Shown: positions 49,846-59,831 of the stretch, piece after piece
How positions within the stretch are numbered: position 1 is the stretch's first letter
Layout of the letters: each line of letters begins with the position of its first letter
Source: Eutreptiella sp. 'Long Island Sound 2002'
Lineage: Eukaryota > Protista > Euglenida
NCBI GenBank assembly: GCA_964036045.1
Contig: OZ038378.1
Span: 187,426,001 to 187,490,000, forward strand
Length of the DNA: 64,000 nt
Direction: 5' to 3'
Notes under the pieces: model-generated
The model's database searches: none
Told to the model about the DNA's origin: nothing
Seen by the model: the letters and a program-made list of their open reading frames with translations, nothing else
Program-made: the position numbers and the translations under genes

Positions 49846-50460
49846 CTAGAAACTCTGAGACAGACAACTCAATGGCCGCCGGATTCTCTGCTGTTTCTCG
49901 CTTGCGGGTCGCGGCGAGCCCCTCCCAGGGGGGCTCTGAGCGCGAGCCCCGGCGGCCGGTGCGCACGCGTCACAGAACCTGTCCGTCAGCTCCTGCAGCT
50001 CCCCGTCATCCACCGCCACGCGCACGCGGCCCAAGAACTGCATCGGGCCGGCAAACGTGACGACGACCTCCTGCTGCAGCGCCAGCACCGGGAACGTCGC
50101 GAACTCCGGCCGCTCCGCGCCCCGGCACTCCCGCACAAAGGCCTCGGCGGCCCGCACGTCCCCCAGCGCGAACAGCACCTCCATGCACGGCCCGACCGGG
50201 GCCGCGGCGGCGGGCCGCCCTGCGTACGGCCGAATGACGATGTCGTGGCGCTGGTCGCGGAACGGCCCGTGCGTCTGCATCATCCGGTACACGGCGTTGC
50301 GGATCTGCGCCAGGGCCCCCGGCGACGCCTCCAGCTCCTGCTCGGCGACGCGCAGGAGGAGGCTCATCGTCCCCGATCGGCGGATGGCCTTGACCCGAAC
50401 AACGCCGGTGGAGCCGCACACCCGCTTCACGAAGGCGACGACCAGTTGCTTGAAGGAGTC
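49846..50460 (-). CDS. Cys-rich/RING-like hypothetical protein B, 3' exon (end uncertain)
   Basis: CCTTCGGCAG acceptor, phase 0. Strongly codon-biased DSFKQLVVAFVKRVCG...LQELTDR. Ends either at TAG 49848-49846 or at donor AG|GTTCTG (49978). Confidence 0.7.
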   Translation of the reverse strand, partial: DSFKQLVVAFVKRVCGSTGVVRVKAIRRSGTMSLLLRVAEQELEASPGALAQIRNAVYRMMQTHGPFRDQRHDIVIRPYAGRPAAAAPVGPCMEVLFALGDVRAAEAFVRECRGAERPEFATFPVLALQQEVVVTFAGPMQFLGRVRVAVDDGELQELTDRFCDACAPAAGARAQSPPGRGSPRPASEKQQRIRRPLSCLSQSF

Positions 50461-50478
50461 CTGCCGAAGGAGGGGCTG

Positions 50479-50852
50479 GGCGGGAAGAAAATTGCTCTGC
50501 GGGGGGGGGGGGGGGTGACACGGAAGCCCATTTCCCCAACCCCCCCCCCTCCTTGGCCGCCGTGACGGGAGGGGGGGGTTCAGGGCGGGGGTGCCCGACC
50601 TGCCGTGCCGGGGGGGGGGGGGTCAACCCAACATCTATGGCTCAAAATGATACCCACGTCGCGCTGATCATTTTGACTACTCAAATGTGGGGGGGGGCAA
50701 ATTTTGTGTTCCTGTGCCTTTGGCGCCAACATCAGTTCTTACACAAAATAAAGGGCCCGACACGGAACCCCATTTCTCCAACCCCCCCCCCTCCTTCGGC
50801 GGGCGCCCATGTCACCCCCCCCCCCCCTCGCAGAGCAATTTTCAGGTTGCCG
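50479..50852. mobile_element. 374-bp MITE with an AGGGGCTG target-site duplication, inside gene B
   Basis: AGGGGCTG at 50471-50478 and 50853-50860. Subterminal inverted repeat GAAAATTGCTCTGC-polyG-TGACA versus TGTCA-polyC-GCAGAGCAATTTTC. Confidence 0.85.
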
Positions 50853-50895
50853 AGGGGCTGTGCCAACGGGCGTGACGGGCGAAGGGCGCGTGCAC

Positions 50896-51075
50896 ACGTC
50901 GCGCGATGCTGCACATGAAGACGTCTCCGCCGGTGCCGGGGGCGGGGCCGCCTGGCGCCCTCGCGCCCCCCGTGCGGCGGTACGGCGGCCACGCCGCGCA
51001 GCGTGGCCACTCCCAACCCCCGCCTCCTGCGAGTGCGTTGTACACGGCGCGCAGGGCCGACGCGCACGGCGCACA
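50896..51075 (-). CDS. Hypothetical protein B, internal exon (3' boundary uncertain)
   Basis: GCACAG acceptor, phase 0. Reads CAPCASALRAVYNALAGG...DVFMCSIARR. Candidate donor GTGCAC at 50895. Confidence 0.6.
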
Positions 51076-51834
51076 CTGTGCAGCGGGCTACCTCTTGGGC
51101 CTGTTGGGCTCTGCAGAGCACTGAGGCTCACGTTGACGGGCTCTGGGGAATGAAACGCCGGAAACGTAGCTTCCGTATACCCCCGGGACACGGGTGTACG
51201 ATCATCGCTCATCAGAACAGTACCGAATGCTGCCTTGAGCTTGACGGGCTCTGGGCGGGGGGGGGGGGGGGGGCTGACGAATCCGCGTTCAGTAACTCGA
51301 CTTGTACGCCCTTGCCACACGGTCAGCCACACCCGAAGCGACAGGAACCAACGCTGTGGTCGCACGTGGTTGGTTCGTCGTCCGATGCACGGAAATTAGG
51401 GTGTGGGCAAAGGGGCGCGTCTTTCTGCGGTTGGACGCATCCTCCGCCCGTTCTCCGCCCCAAGGGGACGGGGCTAGGGTACTGGCAATGCGGAAGGCGT
51501 CAGCGGCAAACCCGTCAAGCGGCCGTTGAAGACCAAAGGTACCGTTTGTTCACATGGACCGTGTGGCAATCATTTGAGCGCAAGGTCAACCGCGCAAGCA
51601 GCAAAAGGGGCTACTTCCAGGGCTCATGGCGGGAGTGCAGAGGGGATGCCACACGTGAAACGCACCCTGAAACATGGACCCTCAGAAAGTGGTGACGTGA
51701 CCATGTGCCCATGCACAACCATCAGGAGTTGCAATGTTAGGAAAGCGGTGCCCTCGTTCCCGCCCCCGCGCTCAAACGAAAACCCTTTACCAAGCCCGAA
51801 AAGGCTTTAAACGATGTGCGGGTCCTGTCCACAC

Positions 51835-52170
51835 CTGGTCCGGGCGCACTCCAAAGCGCATCATGATGGGCAGCGTGATCTTGTTAAGAGGGCTATCGAA
51901 GGTGAGGCCGATGGCGGGGAGGCGGTACAAGCAACTGACGCTCTCGTCGATGTTGCTGTAGGAGGCGCCTGATCGTCCCAGGTCATTGCCCACTCGCTGA
52001 ATGCGGGCCTTGTACACGTCGTTGCCCTCCAAGCCCGTCACGTGGTCACCCAAGCTGCTTAAGTGGGAGGGCCGGAATGCGTCGCGGGACCGTGGCCGTC
52101 GCTTGTCTGGCATCGCGGACCTCACAGAATCCGGTTTGCGGTTGCTGTCGATTCCAAAGATGAAGCTGCT
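51835..52170 (-). CDS. Hypothetical protein B, internal exon
   Basis: GCCCAG acceptor, phase 0. Codon-biased SSFIFGIDSNRK...RFGVRPDQ. Donor CAG|GTGTGG, phase 0. Confidence 0.7.
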
Positions 52171-53560
52171 CTGGGCCGATGACGCGCGGGAGCCGCGCGA
52201 GTGCGGGGGCAGGAGCATGATGATGGGGGACTGCGGCAGCTGTACAAGGCCTGCCCTAGTGCCCAGTGGGAAGCGCTAAACGTGCACAAAGGGCGGTGCA
52301 CACCCGCGCCTCCATCGGAGGGCAGTTGCAAAGGAAAAGGACTGGGAAAAGAGGTTTGTCCAAATATATGGGTGTGGCCGGAACCCCGTGCACGCACGCC
52401 TTACACAGTTCGGTAGGTGACCGTATGGAGGGACCACATGAATGATCCTCTCATACCCTCTTGTGTTTTCACTGTTTTCCCAATCACGCTTTCGTCACCG
52501 GTGCCCTGGGCTCTCGAAGCTCGACAATGCATGTTGGTCAATCTGGTTTTGAGCAAACAAAGCACTAGCACTACAATGGACACATGGCAGAGCCCAGCAG
52601 AAGGGATGCCCAACAGACGTCCAGGGTAGCAATGGGTGCGATGGGGAATGTTCTGGAGGGCTGCTAGACGTTTTTCGACGTACTCAGGCTGTTGATTATT
52701 GTTACCACTCTTTGGGGTCCAGTTTAGGTCTGCACTCTTGACGCAAGTGCTTTGAAAAATCGATCAGACCAGTCGGCAACGTCTTCCAAGTGGATGCAAC
52801 CAACCCCATTGGCCTTTGTATTCCGCAACTGCGTTTGCCATCGCCCACCCTCCCCCAACCAGGGCACCCTCCCCCTCAAAAAAAAAAAGCATCTCTGCTT
52901 GGCGGGGGGGGGGATAAATTTTGGCAAAACCAGCACACGCAGTGGGGGGGTACCTGCGCCCGCACGCGCACCACGAACTACTTTTGCGGCAAGTACGCGT
53001 AGGCCGGCGTGGGCCGGCCCCTTCCCAAAATGGCCCCCAACAAGGGGAACCCATTGGCCACAGGGATTGCATAAACAACCCTCCTTCCCACATACATTGC
53101 ACAACAAAGCAGAGAGGGCATGTAGGGATGTCAGAAAGGAAGCACCATACATTTGCAAACTGACAAACCCCTCAATGGCACCGGAAGATTCAAAAAAAAT
53201 GCAATCAGAAGTGACTACGGGCTATGCGCCGGGTAAGGTGCTCCCCAGAGTGATTAGGGGCGCAACACGCTTACCCTAAGCGACAATAATGACTACCTCA
53301 GGTATCTGGAAACCAACCCTGACAGCCCCTGTTTCATGGATCCAAGGGTGAAGATGACAGTGGTTGGAAAAGGCTCTGAGCCCACGTCTCTTGATTGTTA
53401 GATAGGCGGATCTATAGTTTCACTTGATGTAGCGTAGAGTTTGTGGTGGTCTGCGTCCCAGAAAAGGCTACTTCATATAGAGGAATGACATGTGGTTTAG
53501 AGTGTTTTGCATCCCTTCAATCTTAGCGCCGCGTGCAAAACATGACGCTGGCCACTTAAA

Positions 53561-54400
53561 TTGGCCACAGTTGTGACCATTGATGCCGTTGGATGTCGAG
53601 TTCTTTTTCTTTTTCAAGGGTGTTATGCAAAATCTGTAATTTCTATGGCAACACGAAGAGGTCATGGGGTGATACAAAAATCAACGTGCAATAGCAGGCA
53701 CACCATGCCTCCCATTTCGCAATAGGAGACCCGAGCAACGCCTTTAATGATTGTTGACGCAAACGACGTTTCACATGCTTCAAAATAGTTTTCTAATCGT
53801 CCAATAAATTTCATACTGCATCGTACTGTGCTGCGTGGTGCTCTGAGGTACCACACTGTGCTCTCTTGTGCCTTACTGTCTTGTATTGTGCTGTGTTGTG
53901 CTTTGCTGCACTGCGCTGTCACACCTCTTCAGAAACTCTCTTTTGCGCATCTTGTTTCAGATGTTGCGCAGAATTTGCGATCGCAGCAATCTTGGGGGCG
54001 ATGATCCAAAACCTCGTCCCCATGTTCAGCGAGGCAGTCAAGCACATGCCAGCAAACGACTAGGCTCCGGACAAGGGCATGGAGCAGCATTCGGTGTTCA
54101 AAGAGTTTGCAATGAGCCAGTGTGCCCTTATCCCCTTAACTTGGTCAAATTGTTGTGACTAATTGATGACACTAGACCTCGAGTTCTTTTCTTTTTCAAA
54201 GGTGTTATGCACGGTCTGTGATTTCTATGGCAACGCGAAGAGGTCATGGGGTAGATACGAAAATCAGCACGCAATAGCGGGCACACCATGCCTCGCGTTT
54301 CACAATAGGAGACACCAACCACGCTTCTGATGATTGTTGATGCAAACACTTTTTCACCTGCCACAAGACAGTTTTTGACTCGTCCAATAAATTTCACACT
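53561..54400. repeat. Two diverged direct repeats of about 260 bp (53561-53820 and 54141-54400)
   Basis: Shared blocks CGAGTTCTTTT, TTTCTATGGCAAC.CGAAGAGGTCATGGGGT, GCACACCATGCCTC and CGTCCAATAAATTTCA. Confidence 0.85.
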
Positions 54401-54700
54401 TCCCATGCGTCGTGCACCAAATGGGTAGACGTGCGCCGGAACGTGGGCATCGTGCATCATTCTAACATCATCAGTGTATACTGGTGGGCTTTTGGTGGAG
54501 TTTTGTTTTGCGCAATCTCTTTTGCACAATCTGTGCCTAGTGACTTGTGCACTGGCTCAAGTGAAGGGCCGGCACACACCGCTGGGGTTGCGTTTCAACG
54601 ATGCTACGCAGCGTGTGTCAAGAGGGGGCCCTGCCAATGCACAAGACGGGCAAGAGGGGCCTTGGCACAAGTGGAAGAGACACACTGAATGACCCTGAAC

Positions 54701-54991
54701 CAATGGCTCAAAGAGCTTGGGCTCCTCATCCGCTCCCCTGAAAGCTGAAGACAAACACGTCGCGCAAACAAAATGGCCACATTTCTCAAAAAGATATGAG
54801 CGTTTCGTGCAGTACCTCGCCGTCGAATGGGAGTGAGCGGTGGCTGCAGGAGCTGTACACCACCTGTTGACTGAGACAGCTGTGGCAATGGGCTCATCCG
54901 GGACGAGCGTCACTGGGCTTACGATTGGGGAGCAGATCGAGCAAGCTGCCGCCTGATGCCCAGGGCACCAAGCAAAGCCAGTGGGGCAGAT
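54701..54991 (-). CDS. Hypothetical protein B, RING-like exon
   Basis: AATCAG acceptor, phase 0. Reads ICPTGFAWCPGHQAAACSIC...CGHFVCATC (CxH-xx-CxxC RING-type core). Donor position uncertain. Confidence 0.55.
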
Positions 54992-55503
54992 CTGATTGGT
55001 GAGGCTGAGAGGGTTGAAGAATGGTGGACGGTTGCCCTGTCCAATAAGTTCCGAGCCTCCAATATATCACTGCGTTGCCTCGCATACTGTCCAGCATTGG
55101 TTGTTGGTCGTGTTCACTGTTGCTCGGGTCAGAAAGGCTAACGCCCTGCGCGCCGTACGCCTTCCAATGCATCACAATTGTTGGCCTATGGACGGTACGC
55201 GGCACACCAGCCAATGCAGTACAAACTAAATGCACAAACTAGCACTAGAGGGTTTCTGCCTGCTTCTGGGTTTGAAAGTCGTTGTATGGTGCGCCTTTGC
55301 TTTAGGTGGGGGGGGGGGGTCAACGAAATACGGTGCTCGCAGTCTGCGGCGAGGCATTCCTGGGCCTCTATCGTGCACTATGTGGAGTGCATTGAGAAGT
55401 TTACCGGTGCCATTGCAGTCTCAAGGCTGGGCGTGAAGGTGTGGTACGGTCCAGGCCCTACTCATCTTGTAGCAAAGGGCAAGGTACAGTTGCAGAGGAA
55501 CAC

Positions 55504-55960
55504 CATGTATCCCGCTGCCCCCACTGACAGAAGACCTGCCGTATTATATCCAGAAACAGCTTTGCCACCACAACCGAATAAGCAGAGCAGCTGAAGTAGG
55601 AAGCAACTAGGACACAATTCAGAGCCAACCTCAACGGTCAATGACGTGGAAACAGACCCAGTGGCGCAAACGTCACGAACCATAAAACCTCCTTCTCCGT
55701 CTACGTGCACATTACCGTACGTGCACATCCAAGTCACCGAATCCGGTGAGAGAGACGAACTGTTGCCCAACGGTGGAAGTACTGACCGACTTGTGAAACG
55801 CCGTGACTTGTCGACGAGCGCTGAAGTGGACTGCAATCCGCCGATAAGATATCGCCTTTCCATCGGCGGCGACACGACCAATACGTCTGGGACTCGCGCA
55901 CTTCTGCAGCCGTCCCACCAACGAGGTCGAGGGACGGAGTGCGCGCGTACAAAAAAGCAT
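55504..55960 (-). CDS. Hypothetical protein B, candidate 5' exons (55504-55590 and about 55721-55960)
   Basis: 55504-55590 has a CTACTTCAG acceptor and an ATG|GTGTTC donor, both phase 0. Two alternative open frames fit the upstream exon. Confidence 0.35.
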
Positions 55961-56115
55961 GGCAATGAGTTCCACAGCGCCACAACAGCAGAGCTCTTCG
56001 GATAGCCCCCGCCTTGCTCCACGACCAAGCCGGCGTCTAAACCGTGTGTTCACGGCATCACCGCAGTAGATATGCGCACACAGAGGGGCGGGGGAGGGGG
56101 CACAATCCGTTCCGG

Positions 56116-57681
56116 TCACTGGGCCCCACGGTCACTAGATCCGTCCTGCTCTGCCCGCCCCAAGTCCCAAGGCGATCGGCCCGCGGTCTTCACCAGTTTG
56201 CCCGCCTTCCAGACATGCGTGACGTCCCCAGACCGCGTCAGGACCTGCAGGTCCACCAACGGCGACACCGCCAGGCCAATGACGTCCGCCTCGAAGCCCG
56301 GCTCCAAGCGGCCGCTCTTCGGCGCCAGGCCCCACTGCCCCATGCACCGGGGCGCGTCCGCCGTCGCGGCGCGGATGGCCTGCAGCGGCGTCATCCCGAA
56401 CATGTGAAGGAAGTTGACCTCCCGCCCCACTTTCGCGCAGCTGCCGGGGCAGTCCGTGCCGGCCACGATGGGCACGCCCTTGGCGATGGCCATCCGCACG
56501 GCCTTGGAGTGCTGCCGCAGCGCCCGCTGGCCCTTGCGCCACTGGTTCTCGTCCAGAAAGGGCGGTCGCGTGGTGCCGTTGAAGAAGTCCTGCACGACGG
56601 TGATGGTCGGCGTGTAGACCATGTAGTCCCGCTGCAGCAGCAGGTCCGCCAGCGCCTCGGACATCCACGTGCCGTGCTCGATGGACGTGACCCCGCCCAC
56701 GATGGCGTTGCGGATCCCGCCCGCGCTGTGGGCGTGGGCCGCGACGGCGCGGCGGGCCCGCCTGGCGTCCGCCGTGATCGCCCGGATCTCCTCCACCGAG
56801 AGCTCGGCGTCCGTGGGCTGGTCGAACTCGCTGAGCACGCCACCCGAGGCCATGATCTTGATGACGTCCGCCTGCATGCGGAGGTTCTCGCGCTCCCGTT
56901 TCAGGCACTCCGGCACCCCATCGCAGAGCGCCCCCACCGTCAGCCTCTGCCGATCCATCTCCAAGAAGACGTCGAGAGGCAGGGTCTGTTCGTCGGCGTG
57001 GCCGGACGTCATCCCGATGGCCCGGCCCGCGAAATGGAAGTTGGGGCCCGCGATGCGGCCGGTGCGCAGCAGCTCGTGCAGGGCCTGCCCGAACGGCCCC
57101 CCCACCTCCCGGACGGACGTGACCCCCGCCATGAGCGCGGCCCGGAGGTCGGTCACCGCCGCGTAGAAGCGCACGTAGTTCATAGGGTACGCCCCGCTGC
57201 TGAGGACGCCGTCCAGCTTGAACGGCTCGTCCTTGAACTTGAGGGGCCCGGCGAAGTGGGTGTGGCAGTCCCAGAGCCCCGGCATGACCGCCTCCACAGC
57301 GTAGGTCCGGTTGCAACGCAGGCCCCCCGGCGCCTGAGCGCGCGGCCCCGCGAACAGAATCTGATTCGCGTCGCTGAAGATGACGGAGGCGTTGGGGATG
57401 GGGTCGCCGGCCCCGGGAATCAGGACATGGGCGTCCACCCGTGTGATAAAGGGATACTGTGAGGCCGTTGCGGGGGCCGTGACATAGCCCTGAGGCAGGC
57501 CTGCCCGCAGTAACTGCTCCTCTGTGCCTCCTGGGGCAGAGATGGGGAGGCCAGGGCCTATCAGTGTAGGCACCAGCAGACCCACAGAGAGGCTCATTGC
57601 TGCAGCAAGGCCAAGGGCCCACCACGGGGGTCTGTGCAGACGTCTTGAAGGGCCTGTGGGGGCTTCCTTGAGCTGCTCCAT
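56116..57681 (-). CDS. Metal-dependent amidohydrolase (Xaa-Pro dipeptidase-like) with N-terminal membrane anchor; intronless, 521 aa
   Basis: Motifs MPGLWDCHTHF (HxH), GVTSVRE.GG, KIMASGG, AAHAH, SIEHG, AGTD and G.L.PG..ADVI. ATG at 57681 follows a CAG acceptor; hydrophobic segment WWALGLAAAMSLSVGLLVP. Confidence 0.92.
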   Translation of the reverse strand: MEQLKEAPTGPSRRLHRPPWWALGLAAAMSLSVGLLVPTLIGPGLPISAPGGTEEQLLRAGLPQGYVTAPATASQYPFITRVDAHVLIPGAGDPIPNASVIFSDANQILFAGPRAQAPGGLRCNRTYAVEAVMPGLWDCHTHFAGPLKFKDEPFKLDGVLSSGAYPMNYVRFYAAVTDLRAALMAGVTSVREVGGPFGQALHELLRTGRIAGPNFHFAGRAIGMTSGHADEQTLPLDVFLEMDRQRLTVGALCDGVPECLKRERENLRMQADVIKIMASGGVLSEFDQPTDAELSVEEIRAITADARRARRAVAAHAHSAGGIRNAIVGGVTSIEHGTWMSEALADLLLQRDYMVYTPTITVVQDFFNGTTRPPFLDENQWRKGQRALRQHSKAVRMAIAKGVPIVAGTDCPGSCAKVGREVNFLHMFGMTPLQAIRAATADAPRCMGQWGLAPKSGRLEPGFEADVIGLAVSPLVDLQVLTRSGDVTHVWKAGKLVKTAGRSPWDLGRAEQDGSSDRGAQ

Positions 57682-59505
57682 GCCTGCCCCCTGATACTGG
57701 GGAATTTCAAGCTCTGTTACGCAGGGCAGTGCACTGCAGAGGGACAGTAGAAGACGCACGCAACTCTCCAAGCCAAGAAGCCAAGAACCAGCAAAAGCAC
57801 CCCAGCAAGCAGTCCCCAAAGCGGGGAGGAATCAAAGTGGCTACAATACCCATGCTTTCTCAGGGGGGCCATGGTGGAGAAAAATCATACAGCTCCATAA
57901 CCCCAGGCCAAGGGGCTTCCATAGCGGAGAGAATTGAAAATTTTGAACTCACAATTCAAATTTGACCATGTTGGGTCAGGGAATATGAGGTGAAGCCAAT
58001 TTTCTGACCCTTTCACAAAAGGCCAAACCCTCCCCCTTGTGGGACCCGGCCCAACATGTAACCCCCTCCCCCCAATATGAGCCATTATGCACTGCTAAGA
58101 GTCACTACGAATGATGAAAATAAACAACAGGAGGGGGAATGTTTCCAAACTTCCACGGTACAGGTGGGGGGCTAAAGGGTGGAGATAGACTGTTTTTAGG
58201 GGTAAAGTGGCTATTTTTTAACACTCTTGGTAGGATCCTATCAACAGTGATGTTGTAACCCAGCTTTCAAAAATTTTCCCTCATACAGCTCTCCCACTGT
58301 CACAACCTTCGCTGAAACATATTTTTTTGAACTCCCCGAAAGGGGGGGGGAACCTCTGCCCCCCCCCCCCCCCCGAAAAAAAGGCGCACCTGGAAGTGGG
58401 GGTGGGGGTGGGGGGGCAGAGAGTGCGCCATTGCCATGTGGGTGGGTGGGCGGTGCGTGCACGGTGCGCACCGTTTTGGGCAATTACACCCCCCAAAAGG
58501 ACCCTCACAGAAAGGCACTGGACAGCAACATTGGCACCAAGAAAACAGCCGGGAAATGGGTATCTCATCAGTCTCTTGCAGTCTGAATTGAATCAGGATG
58601 ACATGTGGATTGTGCACAGCAAAATGATCGATGCACAACATATAGATATCCACCTGCATTCGAACATGAAGCTGAGCAAGCACTACAGCCATGGTCCTAA
58701 CACCCCTGTCCATCCCCCTTGAGGGGCGAACCCCATCACCGGCTAGTCCCCAAACAAAACCTATCACTTTCACATGGTAGTTTTTCTGCAACGTCTTGTG
58801 CCATATTCATGCAATCTTATGGAAGAAGATTGTCCTACTACTGACAATGACAGTGAAATGGACACTAACGGTGTAGTGCGTTGGGCAAAGTCTGCACACG
58901 AAAGCTGGAGCTTGGGCAACAGCTTTGGGGACAAGTTGCATTTCACCCGGAATGCCCCGAGGAAGAGTGGATCCGTAATAAATCGGGGGCACCAACTGCA
59001 CCACACCTGCACCCAAATGTGTTAAGCAGCCCAAAGCGAAGCCTGCTACAGCTAGCTCATCCATCCCTACTGCTGACAGGGAACATCTGCAGCAGTTCGT
59101 GGCTCTTTGTGTCTGTAAGAGAAAGTACACCGTCGATATTCAGAATTGAGTGCGGCCAAGAAACTGATGGATGGCTGCAGTGCCTTCAGATTTCTGCTTG
59201 TTCGTAACATGTGTCTCACACCATGAGCATCTGTGCATGTCCGTGCGTATCTCAAAGCCTTTGGCAAACAATGGCAAACAAGTGATTGGCTGTGAATTGT
59301 GCACTACATGGACTGATCAGTGTTTTGTCCGCGATGGTGTCCATCCCCCGCACCTATGGCGCGGGGGGGGGGGGGGTCACTTGGTGACCCCCCTGTGATG
59401 GGGGGTGGGGGGCATTGTCCCTTGGGGGGAGGGGGGACAAGGGGCTGTACTAAAAATGACCAAAAAATTAATGCGGATTCCTCTCCGTCGTTGAGGGTTC
59501 CACTG

Positions 59506-59831
59506 GGTCATTGAGGATTTCTCTAGGCCAGTAGGCCATTGAGGATTCCTCGAGGTCACTGAGGATTTCTATCGGGCATTGAGGGCTCCACTCGGTCATT
59601 GATGATTTCTTTAGGCCATTGAGGATTCCGTTAGAACATTGAGGATTCCTCTAGGCCATTGAGGATTGCTCTGGGCCATTGGGGTTTTCTCTCGGCCATC
59701 ATGGGATCCTCTAAGCTATTGAGGATTCCTCTCCGCCATTGACAAGTCCTTGAGATAATTGATTCCTCTACGCTATTGAGAGCTCCTCTAGGCCATTGAT
59801 GATTCCTCTAGGCCATTGACGATTCCCCTAG
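59506..59831. repeat. 20-bp minisatellite, consensus GGCCATTGAGGATTCCTCTA, about 16 units
   Basis: Head-to-tail diverged units with no spacers. Confidence 0.9.

Noticed and set aside
51680-51692. Additional SL fragments (CACTTTCTGAG here, similar at about 4398 and 60590)
   Set aside because: Matches of only 10-11 nt, which are compatible with chance in 64 kb.
56044-57625. Alternative long ORFs of 472 and 496 aa overlapping the amidohydrolase
   Set aside because: Shadow frames of a GC-rich CDS with Arg/Gly/Pro-rich translations and no motifs.
57682-57819. Longer N-terminus of the amidohydrolase from the ORF track
   Set aside because: The track start is not ATG, and a CAG acceptor lies just upstream of ATG 57681, which is the likelier start.
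59506-59831. CRISPR array
   Set aside because: Head-to-tail units with no unique spacers.
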